Shown: positions 20,501-28,668 of the stretch, in pieces
How the letters are laid out: every line of letters begins with the position of its first letter
Position numbering within the stretch: position 1 is the first letter of the stretch
Source: Acidimicrobiales bacterium
Lineage (GTDB): Bacteria; Actinomycetota; Acidimicrobiia; Acidimicrobiales; CATQHL01
DNA length: 64,000 nt
Assembly (NCBI GenBank): GCA_965237375.1
Contig: CBDEFI010000003.1
Location: forward strand, 2,308-66,307
Direction of reading: 5' to 3'
Notes under the pieces: model-generated
Databases searched by the model: none
Told to the model about the DNA's origin: nothing
What the model saw: the letters and a program-made list of their open reading frames with translations, nothing else
Made by a program: the position numbers and the translations under genes

Positions 20501-21219
20501 GAGTGGATGAGGTACAGCGGGCACGAGGCGCCGAGTCGACGGAGTTCCTGCTCGAGCCGTCGCAGGTACGACGCCATCAGCGGCTGGACGTAGGCGTTGG
20601 CGCACGTGGTGTTGAAGCGTTCGAACTCGCGCATCTGCGGCGAGACCTCGCAACTGATCGAGGTGGCGACGTCCGGGGCGGCGTCGAGCAGCAGGTCGCG
20701 GAAGCGGCGCTCGTGGTCGCCGTTGCGGTAGCTGTGCATGAACCCGACGGCGACGGACTCATAGCCGCCTTCGAGCAGTTCGGCCACGACGGCCCGGGCG
20801 CCCGCCTCGTCGAAGGGCCGCAGCACCTCGCCGCGGGCGTTGAGCCGCTCGGTGACCACGTAGCGGTCCTTGCGCTCGATCAGTGGCGCCGGCAGCACGA
20901 TGTTGAGGTCGTACTGCTCGAACCGGCTCTCGGTGCGGGTCTCGATCACGTCACGGAACCCGGCGGTGGTCACCAGCGCAGTCGAAGCGCCGCTTCGCTC
21001 GATGAGGGCGTTGGTGGCCAGCGTCGTGCCGTGGATGATCTGGCTGACGTCGGCGAGGGCCACGTCGTTGCCGGCCGCCACCGTGGCTATCGCGGCGAGG
21101 ATGCCCTCTTCGGGTCGGCGGGTCGTCAGGACTTTGGTGGAGACGAAGGTGCCGTCGGTGCGCTCGAGTACGACATCGGTGAACGTCCCGCCAACATCGG
21201 CGCCGATACGCAGCGGCAT
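17521..21219 (-). CDS. Fused hydantoinase A / hydantoinase B (5-oxoprolinase-like), 1232 aa
   Basis: N-terminal half IGADVGGTFTDVV is HyuA-like. C-terminal half LQVMWNRLISVVEEQA...GDVYITNDPW is HyuB-like. One uninterrupted frame. Start trimmed to ATG 21219. Confidence 0.9.
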   Translation of the reverse strand: MPLRIGADVGGTFTDVVLERTDGTFVSTKVLTTRRPEEGILAAIATVAAGNDVALADVSQIIHGTTLATNALIERSGASTALVTTAGFRDVIETRTESRFEQYDLNIVLPAPLIERKDRYVVTERLNARGEVLRPFDEAGARAVVAELLEGGYESVAVGFMHSYRNGDHERRFRDLLLDAAPDVATSISCEVSPQMREFERFNTTCANAYVQPLMASYLRRLEQELRRLGASCPLYLIHSGGGLLSLDTAASFPVRLIESGPAGGAVFAADLAARHGRDRIVSFDMGGTTAKIALIEDYEPRTAKKFEAARTSRFKKGSGMPISIPVIEMLEIGAGGGSIATVDALGQIRVGPHSAGSEPGPAAYDLGGTDPTVTDANVRLGRLHPDTFGAKDISLAPSNATEALGAIAAPLGLDTDTAAVGVAEVVDENMANAARVHAVENGVDLAGFSMVAFGGAAPVHATRLMDKLGLDEVLVPVGAGVGSAIGFLLAPFSYEAARSFYTSTDDFDTAGVADTIDQLTAEAQAFVRRGTGGTVTVQREVSMRYRGQGWEIPVALPPGDFDTVAAESLRAAFTNAYETFFGRAIDDVAIEAVSWSVRVVSDRTRPPVVPPVGVRRDVIPSVRRPVHDAGGWADAAVVERAALVPGDTVPGPAVIVEEQTTTVLGSHHVAVVLGDLTLRIARGDRAGGLREDSRRGRAREVELQVMWNRLISVVEEQALTLVRTAFATSVREAGDLSAGVFDRSGRMIAQAVTGTPGHVNTMAAAVGHFINDIGPENIGPGDVYITNDPWKGTGHLHDFTATTPVFMGENLVGFFASTAHVVDVGGRGWGPDAREVYEEGLRIPIMCWADRGRLNRDLVNIVRHNVREADHVIGDLHGLAACNEIGRRRLGAMFDEFGIADLEELAGFVFDRTRRATLNALAAVPPGEYSNEMRVDGYGEPVDLRVALTVGPDGMHADFAGTSPTSPFGINVPITYAQAYFTYGMLVALAPELPNNHASLLPFTVSAPPGVILNATEPDPIAVRHVIGHFVTDLSLGALAQALPDVVPAEGSGAIWNFQAGARAADRASPRPPVEILMFNSGGTGARPTLDGLTATAFPSGVMTMSAEATEQVGPIVVWRKEIRAGSGGAGRRRGGLGQIMEIGPTDGYLFEFSAMFDRIDNPARGRAGGGDGAPGRVYLDDGTPFAGKGRYTVPAGRRLVLELPGGGGFGDPADRDPAAAANDRLQGYVV

Positions 21220-21246
21220 GGTTAGATCTCCCCGATCCCGTTGTCC

Positions 21247-21301
21247 GTCATTCCGGCGGAGAGCCTGCCCCGGACTTGATCCGGGGCCGGAATCCACTGT
21301 C
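21247..21301 (+). repeat. MITE/REP-like hairpin repeat, copy A (core only, nested hairpin in the loop)
   Basis: GTCATTCCGGCGGAG[AGCCTGCCCCGGACTTGATCCGG]GGCCGGAATCCACTGTC. Sits in the 94-nt gap between the SDR stop and the hyuAB start. Confidence 0.8.
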
Positions 21302-21313
21302 GCAGCGGCACGA

Positions 21314-22117
21314 CTAGACCTCCTCGAGTAGCGGGAAGTTCGACGGCGGCATGATGTCGACGGTGGCCGAGCGCTGCTGGGCGAGCATGCCGCCGTCCAC
21401 CCGCACAACGTCGCCGGTGATGTAGGCAGCGTCGTCGGACGCCAGGAACAGGGCGGCGCCGGTCATGTCATGGGGTTCGCCCATCCGGCCGAGTGGCAGG
21501 TTCTCGCCGCGCAGAGCCCGCTCCTCGGCGGTCATGCCGACCGAGTTGATGGTTCCCGGCATCAGGGCGTTGACCCTGATGTTGTAGGGCCCCAGGTCGA
21601 GCGCCATGGCCCGGGTCAGCGCCTCGATGCCGCCCTTCGCCGCGTCGGAGGCCGTGAAGGAGCGGTGTGCCCGGGTGGCCCCACCGGAACTCATGTTGAT
21701 GATGCTGCCACCACCCTGGCGGGCCATGATGCGGGCCGTCGGATGGGCCACGAGGAAGTGCCCGGTGAGGTTCACGTCGACAATGCGCCGCCACCACGCC
21801 TCGTCGGCCTCGAAGAAGTGCAGCATCGGGCCCGTGAGCCCGGCGTTGTTCACCAGCACGTCGATCCGGCCGTGGGCGGCCATGACGGAATCGATCATGG
21901 CGTTCACCTGCGCGCTGTCGGAGACGTCGGCAGGGGCGGCCATGGCGGCGCCACCGGCTTCGCGGATCGACTGGACGACCTCGGCGATCGGAGCGGTGTC
22001 GATGTCGTTGACCGCCACCATCGATCCCACACCGGCGAACCGTTCGGCGATGGCCCGGCCGATGCCCCGTCCGGCGCCGGTCACGATCACGACCTTGCCC
22101 GCCAACGACTCGTGCAT
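21314..22117 (-). CDS. SDR-family oxidoreductase (FabG-like)
   Basis: TGAGRGIGRAIA cofactor motif, NNAG motif and a catalytic-region SSGG pattern. Confidence 0.9.
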   Translation of the reverse strand: MHESLAGKVVIVTGAGRGIGRAIAERFAGVGSMVAVNDIDTAPIAEVVQSIREAGGAAMAAPADVSDSAQVNAMIDSVMAAHGRIDVLVNNAGLTGPMLHFFEADEAWWRRIVDVNLTGHFLVAHPTARIMARQGGGSIINMSSGGATRAHRSFTASDAAKGGIEALTRAMALDLGPYNIRVNALMPGTINSVGMTAEERALRGENLPLGRMGEPHDMTGAALFLASDDAAYITGDVVRVDGGMLAQQRSATVDIMPPSNFPLLEEV

Positions 22118-22326
22118 GTGAAGCTCCTACCGGCTGCTCGAACCGCGGCGACATCGGACCCGGCAACGCCGATCACGCCGATCATGGCGATCGTGCCGTC
22201 GTCCCCGCAGACGTAGGTCCAGGCTATGTCGCTGCTGCCTGCTCGGGAAGTCGGCCGTGAGGCTCCGACCGCTTCCCAGCGATCCGATCGGTGCCGTCGA
22301 TTAACCACTCGGTTCTCCATCGAGAA

Positions 22327-22428
22327 GACTGCTGACTAACTTCCCAGTCCACCAATTCCGTCATTCCGGCGGAGGCCGGAATCCACTGTCCAACGGCTCG
22401 ACGTACGCGGCCAATGGAATACTCAGCA
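22327..22428 (+). repeat. MITE/REP-like repeat, copy B (full unit, about 100 bp)
   Basis: Terminal inverted repeat CTGCTGACTAAC ... TACTCAGC. Side hairpin GACTG/CAGTC. Core GTCATTCCGGCGGAGGCCGGAATCCACTGTCC at 22360-22391. Confidence 0.8.
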
Positions 22429-22657
22429 CTCTCCTAGTGTCCTGAGTTCTTAGTTCGTTGGATATTCTGAGGCACCGATGTCGTCGCCGGTCCTGCGCCA
22501 ATGCGGGTGGTCGAGGCCGTCAACACCCCAGTGAACTTGAAACTCGGGACACTAGCAGTGGGAGCTTGGGCTCGCCGCCGTCAACCGGACAGTCTCTCCA
22601 GGTACTTCCGCCGGCCGCGGTCGCCGATGCGGCTGAAGAAGGAAAGGATGCGGGGGA

Positions 22658-23389
22658 TCACCGCCGGCGTCCAGAGCGCGGCGCGGGCCGCGAGGCTCCG
22701 TGGTAGGGGACGTAGATCTCCAGCTTCGGCTTGTCGAGGGCGCGTTCATAGGCGTCGGCCACGTCATCGACCGACTTGACGGCGCTGAGGAAGTTGAGGG
22801 CGCTGCCGCCCGATTGGGCCTCGTGGCGCAGCATCGGCGTGTCGACAGCGGTGGGGTAGATACCGCTGACGTGCACGGCGGTGCCCACCAGTTCGGCGTT
22901 GAGTGCGGCGAGGAATGCCCGCAGCCCGGCCTTCGCCGCGGAGTACGTGGCACAGGCCGGTAGCGGGAAGATACCGCCGAGGGAGACGGTGGCCATGAGG
23001 TGGCCCCGGTTGCGGTCTTTGAACGCACCGACTGCGGCACGTATCAACTGCATCGGGCTGCGCAGGAGCACGTCGAGTTGCAGATCGATGTCGCCGGCCG
23101 TGATGTCTGCCACGTCGCCGGCAACGATAACGCCGGCATTGCAGACGAGCACGTCCAGTTCGGGCCATGCGGTGGCGATGCGGTCGCAGAGCCCGCCGGT
23201 GGCGGCGGCATCGGCAAGATCGCAGGCCACCGCGAGCGAGTCACCCCCGATGTCGGCCGCGGCCCGCTGTGCCAGTTCCTCGGTGCGGTCCACGGCAATG
23301 ACGTGGTAGTCCCGCCGGGCGAAGCGGCGGGCGACTTCGGCTCCGATGCCCGAGGCGGCGCCGGTGACGAGTGCAGTGCTGCGTGTCAT
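22658..23389 (-). CDS. SDR-family oxidoreductase (C-terminus possibly frameshifted, see findings)
   Basis: TGAASGIGAEVA cofactor motif, NAGV motif, YSAAK catalytic motif. Confidence 0.8.
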   Translation of the reverse strand: MTRSTALVTGAASGIGAEVARRFARRDYHVIAVDRTEELAQRAAADIGGDSLAVACDLADAAATGGLCDRIATAWPELDVLVCNAGVIVAGDVADITAGDIDLQLDVLLRSPMQLIRAAVGAFKDRNRGHLMATVSLGGIFPLPACATYSAAKAGLRAFLAALNAELVGTAVHVSGIYPTAVDTPMLRHEAQSGGSALNFLSAVKSVDDVADAYERALDKPKLEIYVPYHGASRPAPRSGRRR

Positions 23390-24735
23390 GTGTGGTTGCC
23401 CTCCGATCTGCGTCGACTGCTGTCCTGGTCGAGGCCGACCTTGGCCCGCACCTTGCCGAGGATCTTGAGGTAGGTGTCGAGATCGATGTAGTTGGCATGC
23501 CGGTCGGAGTCGATGTAGCGGCGCCCGCCCTTGACGTCGGGGTGGTGGTTCGCCTTCAGGTCACGGAACGTCTCGGCCACCGCCGATCCCGGCGCGGCAG
23601 TGGCGTCGGCGACGATCAACTCGGCCATCCGGCCGAGGGTCGGGTAGGCGGCCGCTGCGAACTCGACGAATCCGAGCGCCGCCAGGTTCGGGTGGTTCCG
23701 AGCGAACATTCCCAGGTAGAGGTCGGGGCGGCCGCCCCGGCTCGGCAGCACGCCGTCGTCGAGGAACGGGCTCGTCTGGTGATAGCCCGTGGCCGCAATC
23801 ACAAGGTCGATCCGCTCGCGGGTGCCGTCGACGAAGACCACCTCGTCGCCGTCGAAGCGTTCGACGTCGGGTTTGGCGATGCAGTCGCCGTGGCTGAGGT
23901 GGTGCAGGATCTGGGTGTTCATCAGCGGGTGCGACTCGAAGAGCCTGTGGTCCGGCTTGGGGAGCCCGTACCGGCGAAGGTCGCCGTTGAGGATGCGCAG
24001 GATGGCGGTAAAGACGCGGATCTCAAGCCAGTGGGGCAGCTTGGGTCCGTCGTCGGCGAACACGTCGGCGGGTTTGCCCATGACGTGCTTGGGAATGAGG
24101 TGGTACCCGCGACGCACGCTCCAGAATGCCTGGTCGGCGCCCGCCGAGGCGTCGCAGGCGATGTCGGCGCCGGTATTGCCGCCGCCGACCACCAGCACCC
24201 GCTTGCCCGCGAACTCCTTCGGCGACCGGTAGGTCACGGCGTGGCGAACCTGGCCGTTGAGTTCGCCCGGCCGGCTCACGAGGTTGGGTTGCCACGCCAC
24301 CCCGTTGGCGCAGATCAGATAGCGGCACCGGCGCACGCCGCCGTCGCCGTCGCCGTCGCCCAGGCGCAGTTCCCACGTCCCGTCGGGGGTGAGGGCCGCC
24401 CGCTCGACAGAGGTGTCGAAGCTGACGTGGCGGCGCAGATCGAACTCCTCCGCGTAGGAGCGGATGTAGCGGAGCAGCCGACGGTGGTCGGGGTAGTCCG
24501 GGTAGTCGTCGGGCATCGGGAAGCCGGGGATTCCCGACAGGGTCCGCGACGAGATGAAGTGAGCAGAGTCGTACATCGGCGAACCCGGCGCATCGATGTC
24601 CCAGATCCCGCCCACGTCGGCGTTGCGCTCGTAGACCTCGAACGTCACGGAGGTCCCGGCGAGGCGATGGGCCAGCATGAGGCCCGACGGCCCGGCTCCC
24701 ACGACCCCCACGTCGAGGACATCGGGGTTCGTCAT
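23386..24735 (-). CDS. Flavin-containing / NAD(P)-dependent monooxygenase (FMO-type)
   Basis: GAGPSG (FAD) and GGGNTGADIA (NADPH) motifs. Start trimmed to ATG 24735 with AGGAGG upstream. ATGA overlap with the downstream SDR. Confidence 0.85.
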   Translation of the reverse strand: MTNPDVLDVGVVGAGPSGLMLAHRLAGTSVTFEVYERNADVGGIWDIDAPGSPMYDSAHFISSRTLSGIPGFPMPDDYPDYPDHRRLLRYIRSYAEEFDLRRHVSFDTSVERAALTPDGTWELRLGDGDGDGGVRRCRYLICANGVAWQPNLVSRPGELNGQVRHAVTYRSPKEFAGKRVLVVGGGNTGADIACDASAGADQAFWSVRRGYHLIPKHVMGKPADVFADDGPKLPHWLEIRVFTAILRILNGDLRRYGLPKPDHRLFESHPLMNTQILHHLSHGDCIAKPDVERFDGDEVVFVDGTRERIDLVIAATGYHQTSPFLDDGVLPSRGGRPDLYLGMFARNHPNLAALGFVEFAAAAYPTLGRMAELIVADATAAPGSAVAETFRDLKANHHPDVKGGRRYIDSDRHANYIDLDTYLKILGKVRAKVGLDQDSSRRRSEGNHT

Positions 24736-24932
24736 GCGCGCCTCCTGGCTCTTGTCAGGGACTGAATCTAGAAGCTCCCGGCACCGGGCAGTTCTCGGTG
24801 CTGGGAAGTGGCAGCGGCGCCTCGCCGATGACGGGGGTGGCGGCACGCCGTTGGTCACATCCCCGTCTCATCACACCCGTCCGGCGGCATCATGGCCCAC
24901 AACCCCGCACCTCGAGATGAGAGAGCCTCGCT

Positions 24933-27116
24933 ATGTCTCGATTCCTCTACCGGACGGGCCGCTGGGCGGCCTCCCACGGGAAACTGGTTCTGCTCGGGTG
25001 GGTCATCGTGCTGCTCGTGCTCGGCGGATTGATGCGGACCGTCGGGGGCCACGTCACCGATTCGTTCTCGCTTCCCGGGGCCGAATCCCAGGCGGCGGCC
25101 GACCTGCTCGAGGAGCGCTTCCCAGCGGTCGGCAGTTCGTCGACCACAGTGGTGGTGGCCGGCGACGACCTCCGGGCGCAGACCGATCAGGTCTCGGCGT
25201 TGGCGTCGGGACTCGCGGCGGTGCCGGGTGTCGTGGCGGTGGGCGATCCGTTCGGCCCAGGGGCAGTGGCATCGTCGGGAGAGGTGCTGCGGTTCCCGGT
25301 CCGGTTCTCCGCGCTGGCCGAGCAGGTGGACTCCGACACGTGGGACATGGTCGTGGCCGAGGTCGATGCGGCCCGGAGCGCGGCGCTGCAGGTCGAACTC
25401 GGCGGCGAAGTGGCGAGCGTGGTCTCTCGGACGGGTCCCGGTGGGCGATCCGAATTCATCGGCGTCGCCGTGGCGGTGGTCGTGCTGATCCTCGTCTTCG
25501 GCTCGCTGCTGGCCATGGGGCTGTCGTTGCTGACCGCTCTGATCGGCGTCAGCATCTCCCTGTCGACGATCCTGCTCGTGGCCGCCGCCATCAACGTGCC
25601 GACGACCGCGGAGATATTGGCGCTGATGCTCGGCATTGCCGTCGGTATCGACTATGCGCTGTTCATCATGTCCCGACACCGCGAACACCTCGTCGCCGGC
25701 ATGGACGTCGTCGAGTCCATCGGCCGTGCGATGGCCACGGCCGGCGGGGCGGTGGTGTTCGCCGGCTCCACGGTCGTGATCGCCATGCTCGGCCTCATCG
25801 TCGTGGGCGCCCCGTCCATCACGACGATGGCGTTCGCCGTGGCCTTCGCCGTCCTCGTCGCCGTCGTGGTGGCCATCACGCTGCTTCCCGCCCTGTTGGG
25901 CCTGGCCGGCCGGCGCATGGCGGCGCCCACCCTTCCCGGCCTCCGCAACCGCCGCCCCCGTGAGCGCGGCGACAATCTCGGCACCCGCTGGACGACGTGG
26001 GTGGCCCGTCGACCGTGGCTCGCTTTCGGCCTGGCGTTGCTGGTGATGCTGGTGATGGCGGTCCCGCTGCTGGACCTCGAGACGGCCTTCCCGTCGGCCG
26101 GCAGTGCGCCGGAGGAGACCACCCATCGCCAGGCGCACGACCTGATCGACGAAGGCTTCGGACCGGGATTCAACGGCCCACTGCTGCTGGTGGTCGACCA
26201 CGCCGGCCTCTCGCCGGCGGAAGGGGCCGCCGCACTGGCCGATATCGGGACCGCCGTGGCCGCCGATCCGAACGTCGGCTTCGTGGCGCCCGGCGGTTCG
26301 AACCCTGCCGGCGACACGACCCTTGTGCAGGCGATCCCCCTCACCGGTCCGAGCGACGCCGACACCAAGGACCTCCTGCAACGCATGCGGGGCGATGTTC
26401 TGCCCGTCATCGAATCCGACCACGGCATCGAGGTGTACGTCGCCGGACCGACCGCTCTGGACATCGACCTCACCGATCAACTCACCGGACGCCTCCCGTG
26501 GGTGATGGTCACCGTGATCGGTCTCATCTTCGTAGTCCTGATGCTCGCCTTCCGCTCGCTTCTCGTGCCGCTCAAGGCGGCCATCGGCATCCTGCTGTCC
26601 ATCGGCGCGGCGCTCGGCATCGTTGTCGCCGTCTTCCAGTGGGGTTGGGGGGCGAGCCTGATCGGCGTCGACAGTTCGCTGCCGATCATCAGCTTCCTGC
26701 CGGTGATGAGCTTCGCCATCCTCTTCGGGCTCTCCATGGACTACGAGGTGTTCATCCTCTCCCGCGTGCGTGAGGAATGGCTGAAGACCAACGACGCCAG
26801 GGAGAGCGTCATCAACGGGGTCGGCGCCACCGCCCGGGTCATCACCGCCGCCGCCGCCGTCATGACCGCCGTGTTCGGCGGCTTCCTCCTCGGCGACCAG
26901 CCGGTCATCAAGATGGTCGGCCTCGCCCTCGCCGTGGCCGTCCTTCTCGACGCCACGATCATCCGCATGATCCTCGTGCCGTCCACGATGGTCATGTTCA
27001 ACCGCGCCAACTGGTGGCTGCCCGGCTGGCTCGACCGGATCCTCCCCAACGTCGACATCGAAGGCCACAAACTCCTCGACGAGTTGAGCGCGGCGGAGCA
27101 GGAGACTGCTGAGTAA
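24933..27116 (+). CDS. MMPL-family (RND superfamily) membrane transporter
   Basis: 727 aa with two blocks of transmembrane helices. MSRFLYRTGRWAA start typical of MMPL proteins. Confidence 0.9.
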   Translation: MSRFLYRTGRWAASHGKLVLLGWVIVLLVLGGLMRTVGGHVTDSFSLPGAESQAAADLLEERFPAVGSSSTTVVVAGDDLRAQTDQVSALASGLAAVPGVVAVGDPFGPGAVASSGEVLRFPVRFSALAEQVDSDTWDMVVAEVDAARSAALQVELGGEVASVVSRTGPGGRSEFIGVAVAVVVLILVFGSLLAMGLSLLTALIGVSISLSTILLVAAAINVPTTAEILALMLGIAVGIDYALFIMSRHREHLVAGMDVVESIGRAMATAGGAVVFAGSTVVIAMLGLIVVGAPSITTMAFAVAFAVLVAVVVAITLLPALLGLAGRRMAAPTLPGLRNRRPRERGDNLGTRWTTWVARRPWLAFGLALLVMLVMAVPLLDLETAFPSAGSAPEETTHRQAHDLIDEGFGPGFNGPLLLVVDHAGLSPAEGAAALADIGTAVAADPNVGFVAPGGSNPAGDTTLVQAIPLTGPSDADTKDLLQRMRGDVLPVIESDHGIEVYVAGPTALDIDLTDQLTGRLPWVMVTVIGLIFVVLMLAFRSLLVPLKAAIGILLSIGAALGIVVAVFQWGWGASLIGVDSSLPIISFLPVMSFAILFGLSMDYEVFILSRVREEWLKTNDARESVINGVGATARVITAAAAVMTAVFGGFLLGDQPVIKMVGLALAVAVLLDATIIRMILVPSTMVMFNRANWWLPGWLDRILPNVDIEGHKLLDELSAAEQETAE

Positions 27117-27204
27117 CCCCGCAGTCCGCCCCTTCCGTCATTCCGGCGGAGGCCGGAATCCACTGTCCAGCGACCCGGCCTGCGCTGCCGCTGGGCTCCT
27201 CAGC
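27104..27204 (+). repeat. MITE/REP-like repeat, copy C (full unit)
   Basis: GACTGCTGAGTAACCCCGCAGTC side hairpin, core at 27137-27168, right end CTCCTCAGC. The MMPL TAA stop lies inside the left terminal repeat. Confidence 0.8.
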
Positions 27205-27285
27205 ACGCTCCGAGCTGCCGTCCTCGTACCGCCGCCCCGCCAACAAGAGCTACGGTGCCGAACCGTAATTCGACCTGGTGCACGC

Positions 27286-28356
27286 ATGTGCTTCGCGGCT
27301 GCGGCTGTGCTCGCCGCCCTCGCCGCGAGCTGCTCATCGCCCGACCCCGCCGCAACCCCCACAGACACCCCTGAGCCCGCCCCCACCGCGGGCAACCCTG
27401 CGCCCCCCGAACCCGACTCCGCTGCGGGCAACGCTGCGCCCCCCGAATCGGAGTCCGCTGCGGCAACCCCCAAGCCCGCCGTCGAGCCCGGCCTCGCCGC
27501 GGACACCGCCGAACCTCCTGCCACCGCAGACAATCCCGATGATGGTCAACCGGCACCCAACGCCGAGACCGGCTCAGCCGCCGAGCAGGGATCGGACCGC
27601 TTCACCACCATCACCGCCGGCTGGGCGCATTCGTGCGGACTGAGCCACGACGGCACCGCCACATGCTGGGGCAACAACGACCAAGGCCAGGCGAACGCGC
27701 CGCAGGGCAGCTACACCGCCATCGCCGCCGGGGCGTTCCATGCGTGCGGACTGAGCCACGACGGCACCGCCACATGCTGGGGCAACAACGACCAAGGCCA
27801 GGCGAACGCGCCGCAGGGCAGCTACACCGCCATCACGGCCGGCGGCGTGCACTCGTGCGGACTGCTCGACGACGGCACCGCCGCATGCTGGGGCAACAAC
27901 GGTTCCGGCCAGGCGAACGCGCCGCCGGGCCGCTTCGCCGCAATCACCGCCGGCTTGGAGCATTCGTGCGGACTGCGCCACGACGGCATCGCCACATGCT
28001 GGGGCAACAACGACCAAGGCCAGGCGAACGCGCCGCAGGGCAGCTACACCGCCATCGCCGCCGGCGCGTTCCATGCGTGCGGACTGAGCCACGACGGCAC
28101 CGCCACATGCTGGGGCAACAACGACCAAGGCCAGGCGAACGCGCCGCAGGGCAGCTACACCGCCATCGCCGCCGGCGCGTTCCACTCGTGCGGGCTGCGC
28201 AACGACGGCACTGCCGAATGCTGGGGCCACAACGGTTCCGGGCAGACGGACGCGCCGGAGGGCCGCTTCACCGCCGTTACCGCCGGGGCGTTCCATGCGT
28301 GCGGACTGAGCCACGACGGCACCGCCACATGCTGGGGCAACAACGACTACGGCTAG
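27286..28356 (+). CDS. RCC1-like repeat (7-blade beta-propeller) lipoprotein, ends at an in-frame TAG
   Basis: Lipobox LAASC. Pro/Ala-rich linker. About 6.6 copies of a 37-aa HxCGL..DGT..CWG.N..GQ repeat. Confidence 0.8.
   Translation: MCFAAAAVLAALAASCSSPDPAATPTDTPEPAPTAGNPAPPEPDSAAGNAAPPESESAAATPKPAVEPGLAADTAEPPATADNPDDGQPAPNAETGSAAEQGSDRFTTITAGWAHSCGLSHDGTATCWGNNDQGQANAPQGSYTAIAAGAFHACGLSHDGTATCWGNNDQGQANAPQGSYTAITAGGVHSCGLLDDGTAACWGNNGSGQANAPPGRFAAITAGLEHSCGLRHDGIATCWGNNDQGQANAPQGSYTAIAAGAFHACGLSHDGTATCWGNNDQGQANAPQGSYTAIAAGAFHSCGLRNDGTAECWGHNGSGQTDAPEGRFTAVTAGAFHACGLSHDGTATCWGNNDYG
27388..27459 (+). repeat. 36-bp tandem duplication inside the Pro/Ala linker
   Basis: GCGGGCAAC(C/G)CTGCGCCCCCCGAA... 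occurs twice and encodes AGNPAPPEPDSA / AGNAAPPESESA. Confidence 0.8.
27607..28353 (+). repeat. 111-bp in-frame tandem repeats encoding the RCC1-like blades
   Basis: Equivalent CAT codons at 27628 and 27739 are 111 nt apart. Several units are near-identical at the DNA level. Confidence 0.9.
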
Positions 28357-28668
28357 ACAGACGCGCCGGACGGGGCGCTGCCTACCCAAGGAGGCGACGC
28401 GGTCGGCGATGTCGAGCGGCGGGACCTAACGCGGGAAGCTTCGGAGTTTTCGAACGAGTCCCTCTGTACGGCGTATGGGTACACGTGGGATCAGCCGGGT
28501 GATCCGAATGGCACGTGCAAGTCCTCAACAGCCGAGGACGACGCAACCCCCGACGGCGCCGCCGATGATGCGACCGGCCGCGCTGTCGGCGGGCCGGATT
28601 ACACCCCGTACGGTGCCGACGACTACGGCGCCGAGTCGTGTGCCCCTGCCGGGGGGGCGGGCGAGGCA

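Noticed and set aside
22087-22320. 77-aa ORF overlapping the start of the SDR gene
   Set aside because: Codon bias is mixed, the ORF overlaps a well-supported gene start, and it abuts MITE copy B. It is possibly a fragment of a decayed gene, but this is not supportable.
27607-28353. Regular repeats that could be mistaken for a CRISPR array
   Set aside because: The period is 111 nt with no unique spacers. The repeats are in frame and encode RCC1-like blades within a lipoprotein gene.
28354-28356. TAG as a pyrrolysine or other recoded sense codon
   Set aside because: There are no pyl genes or other recoding signals in the window. TAG is used as an ordinary stop elsewhere (for example 21314, 43433 and 46201). 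A simple CAG-to-TAG nonsense change is the economical explanation.
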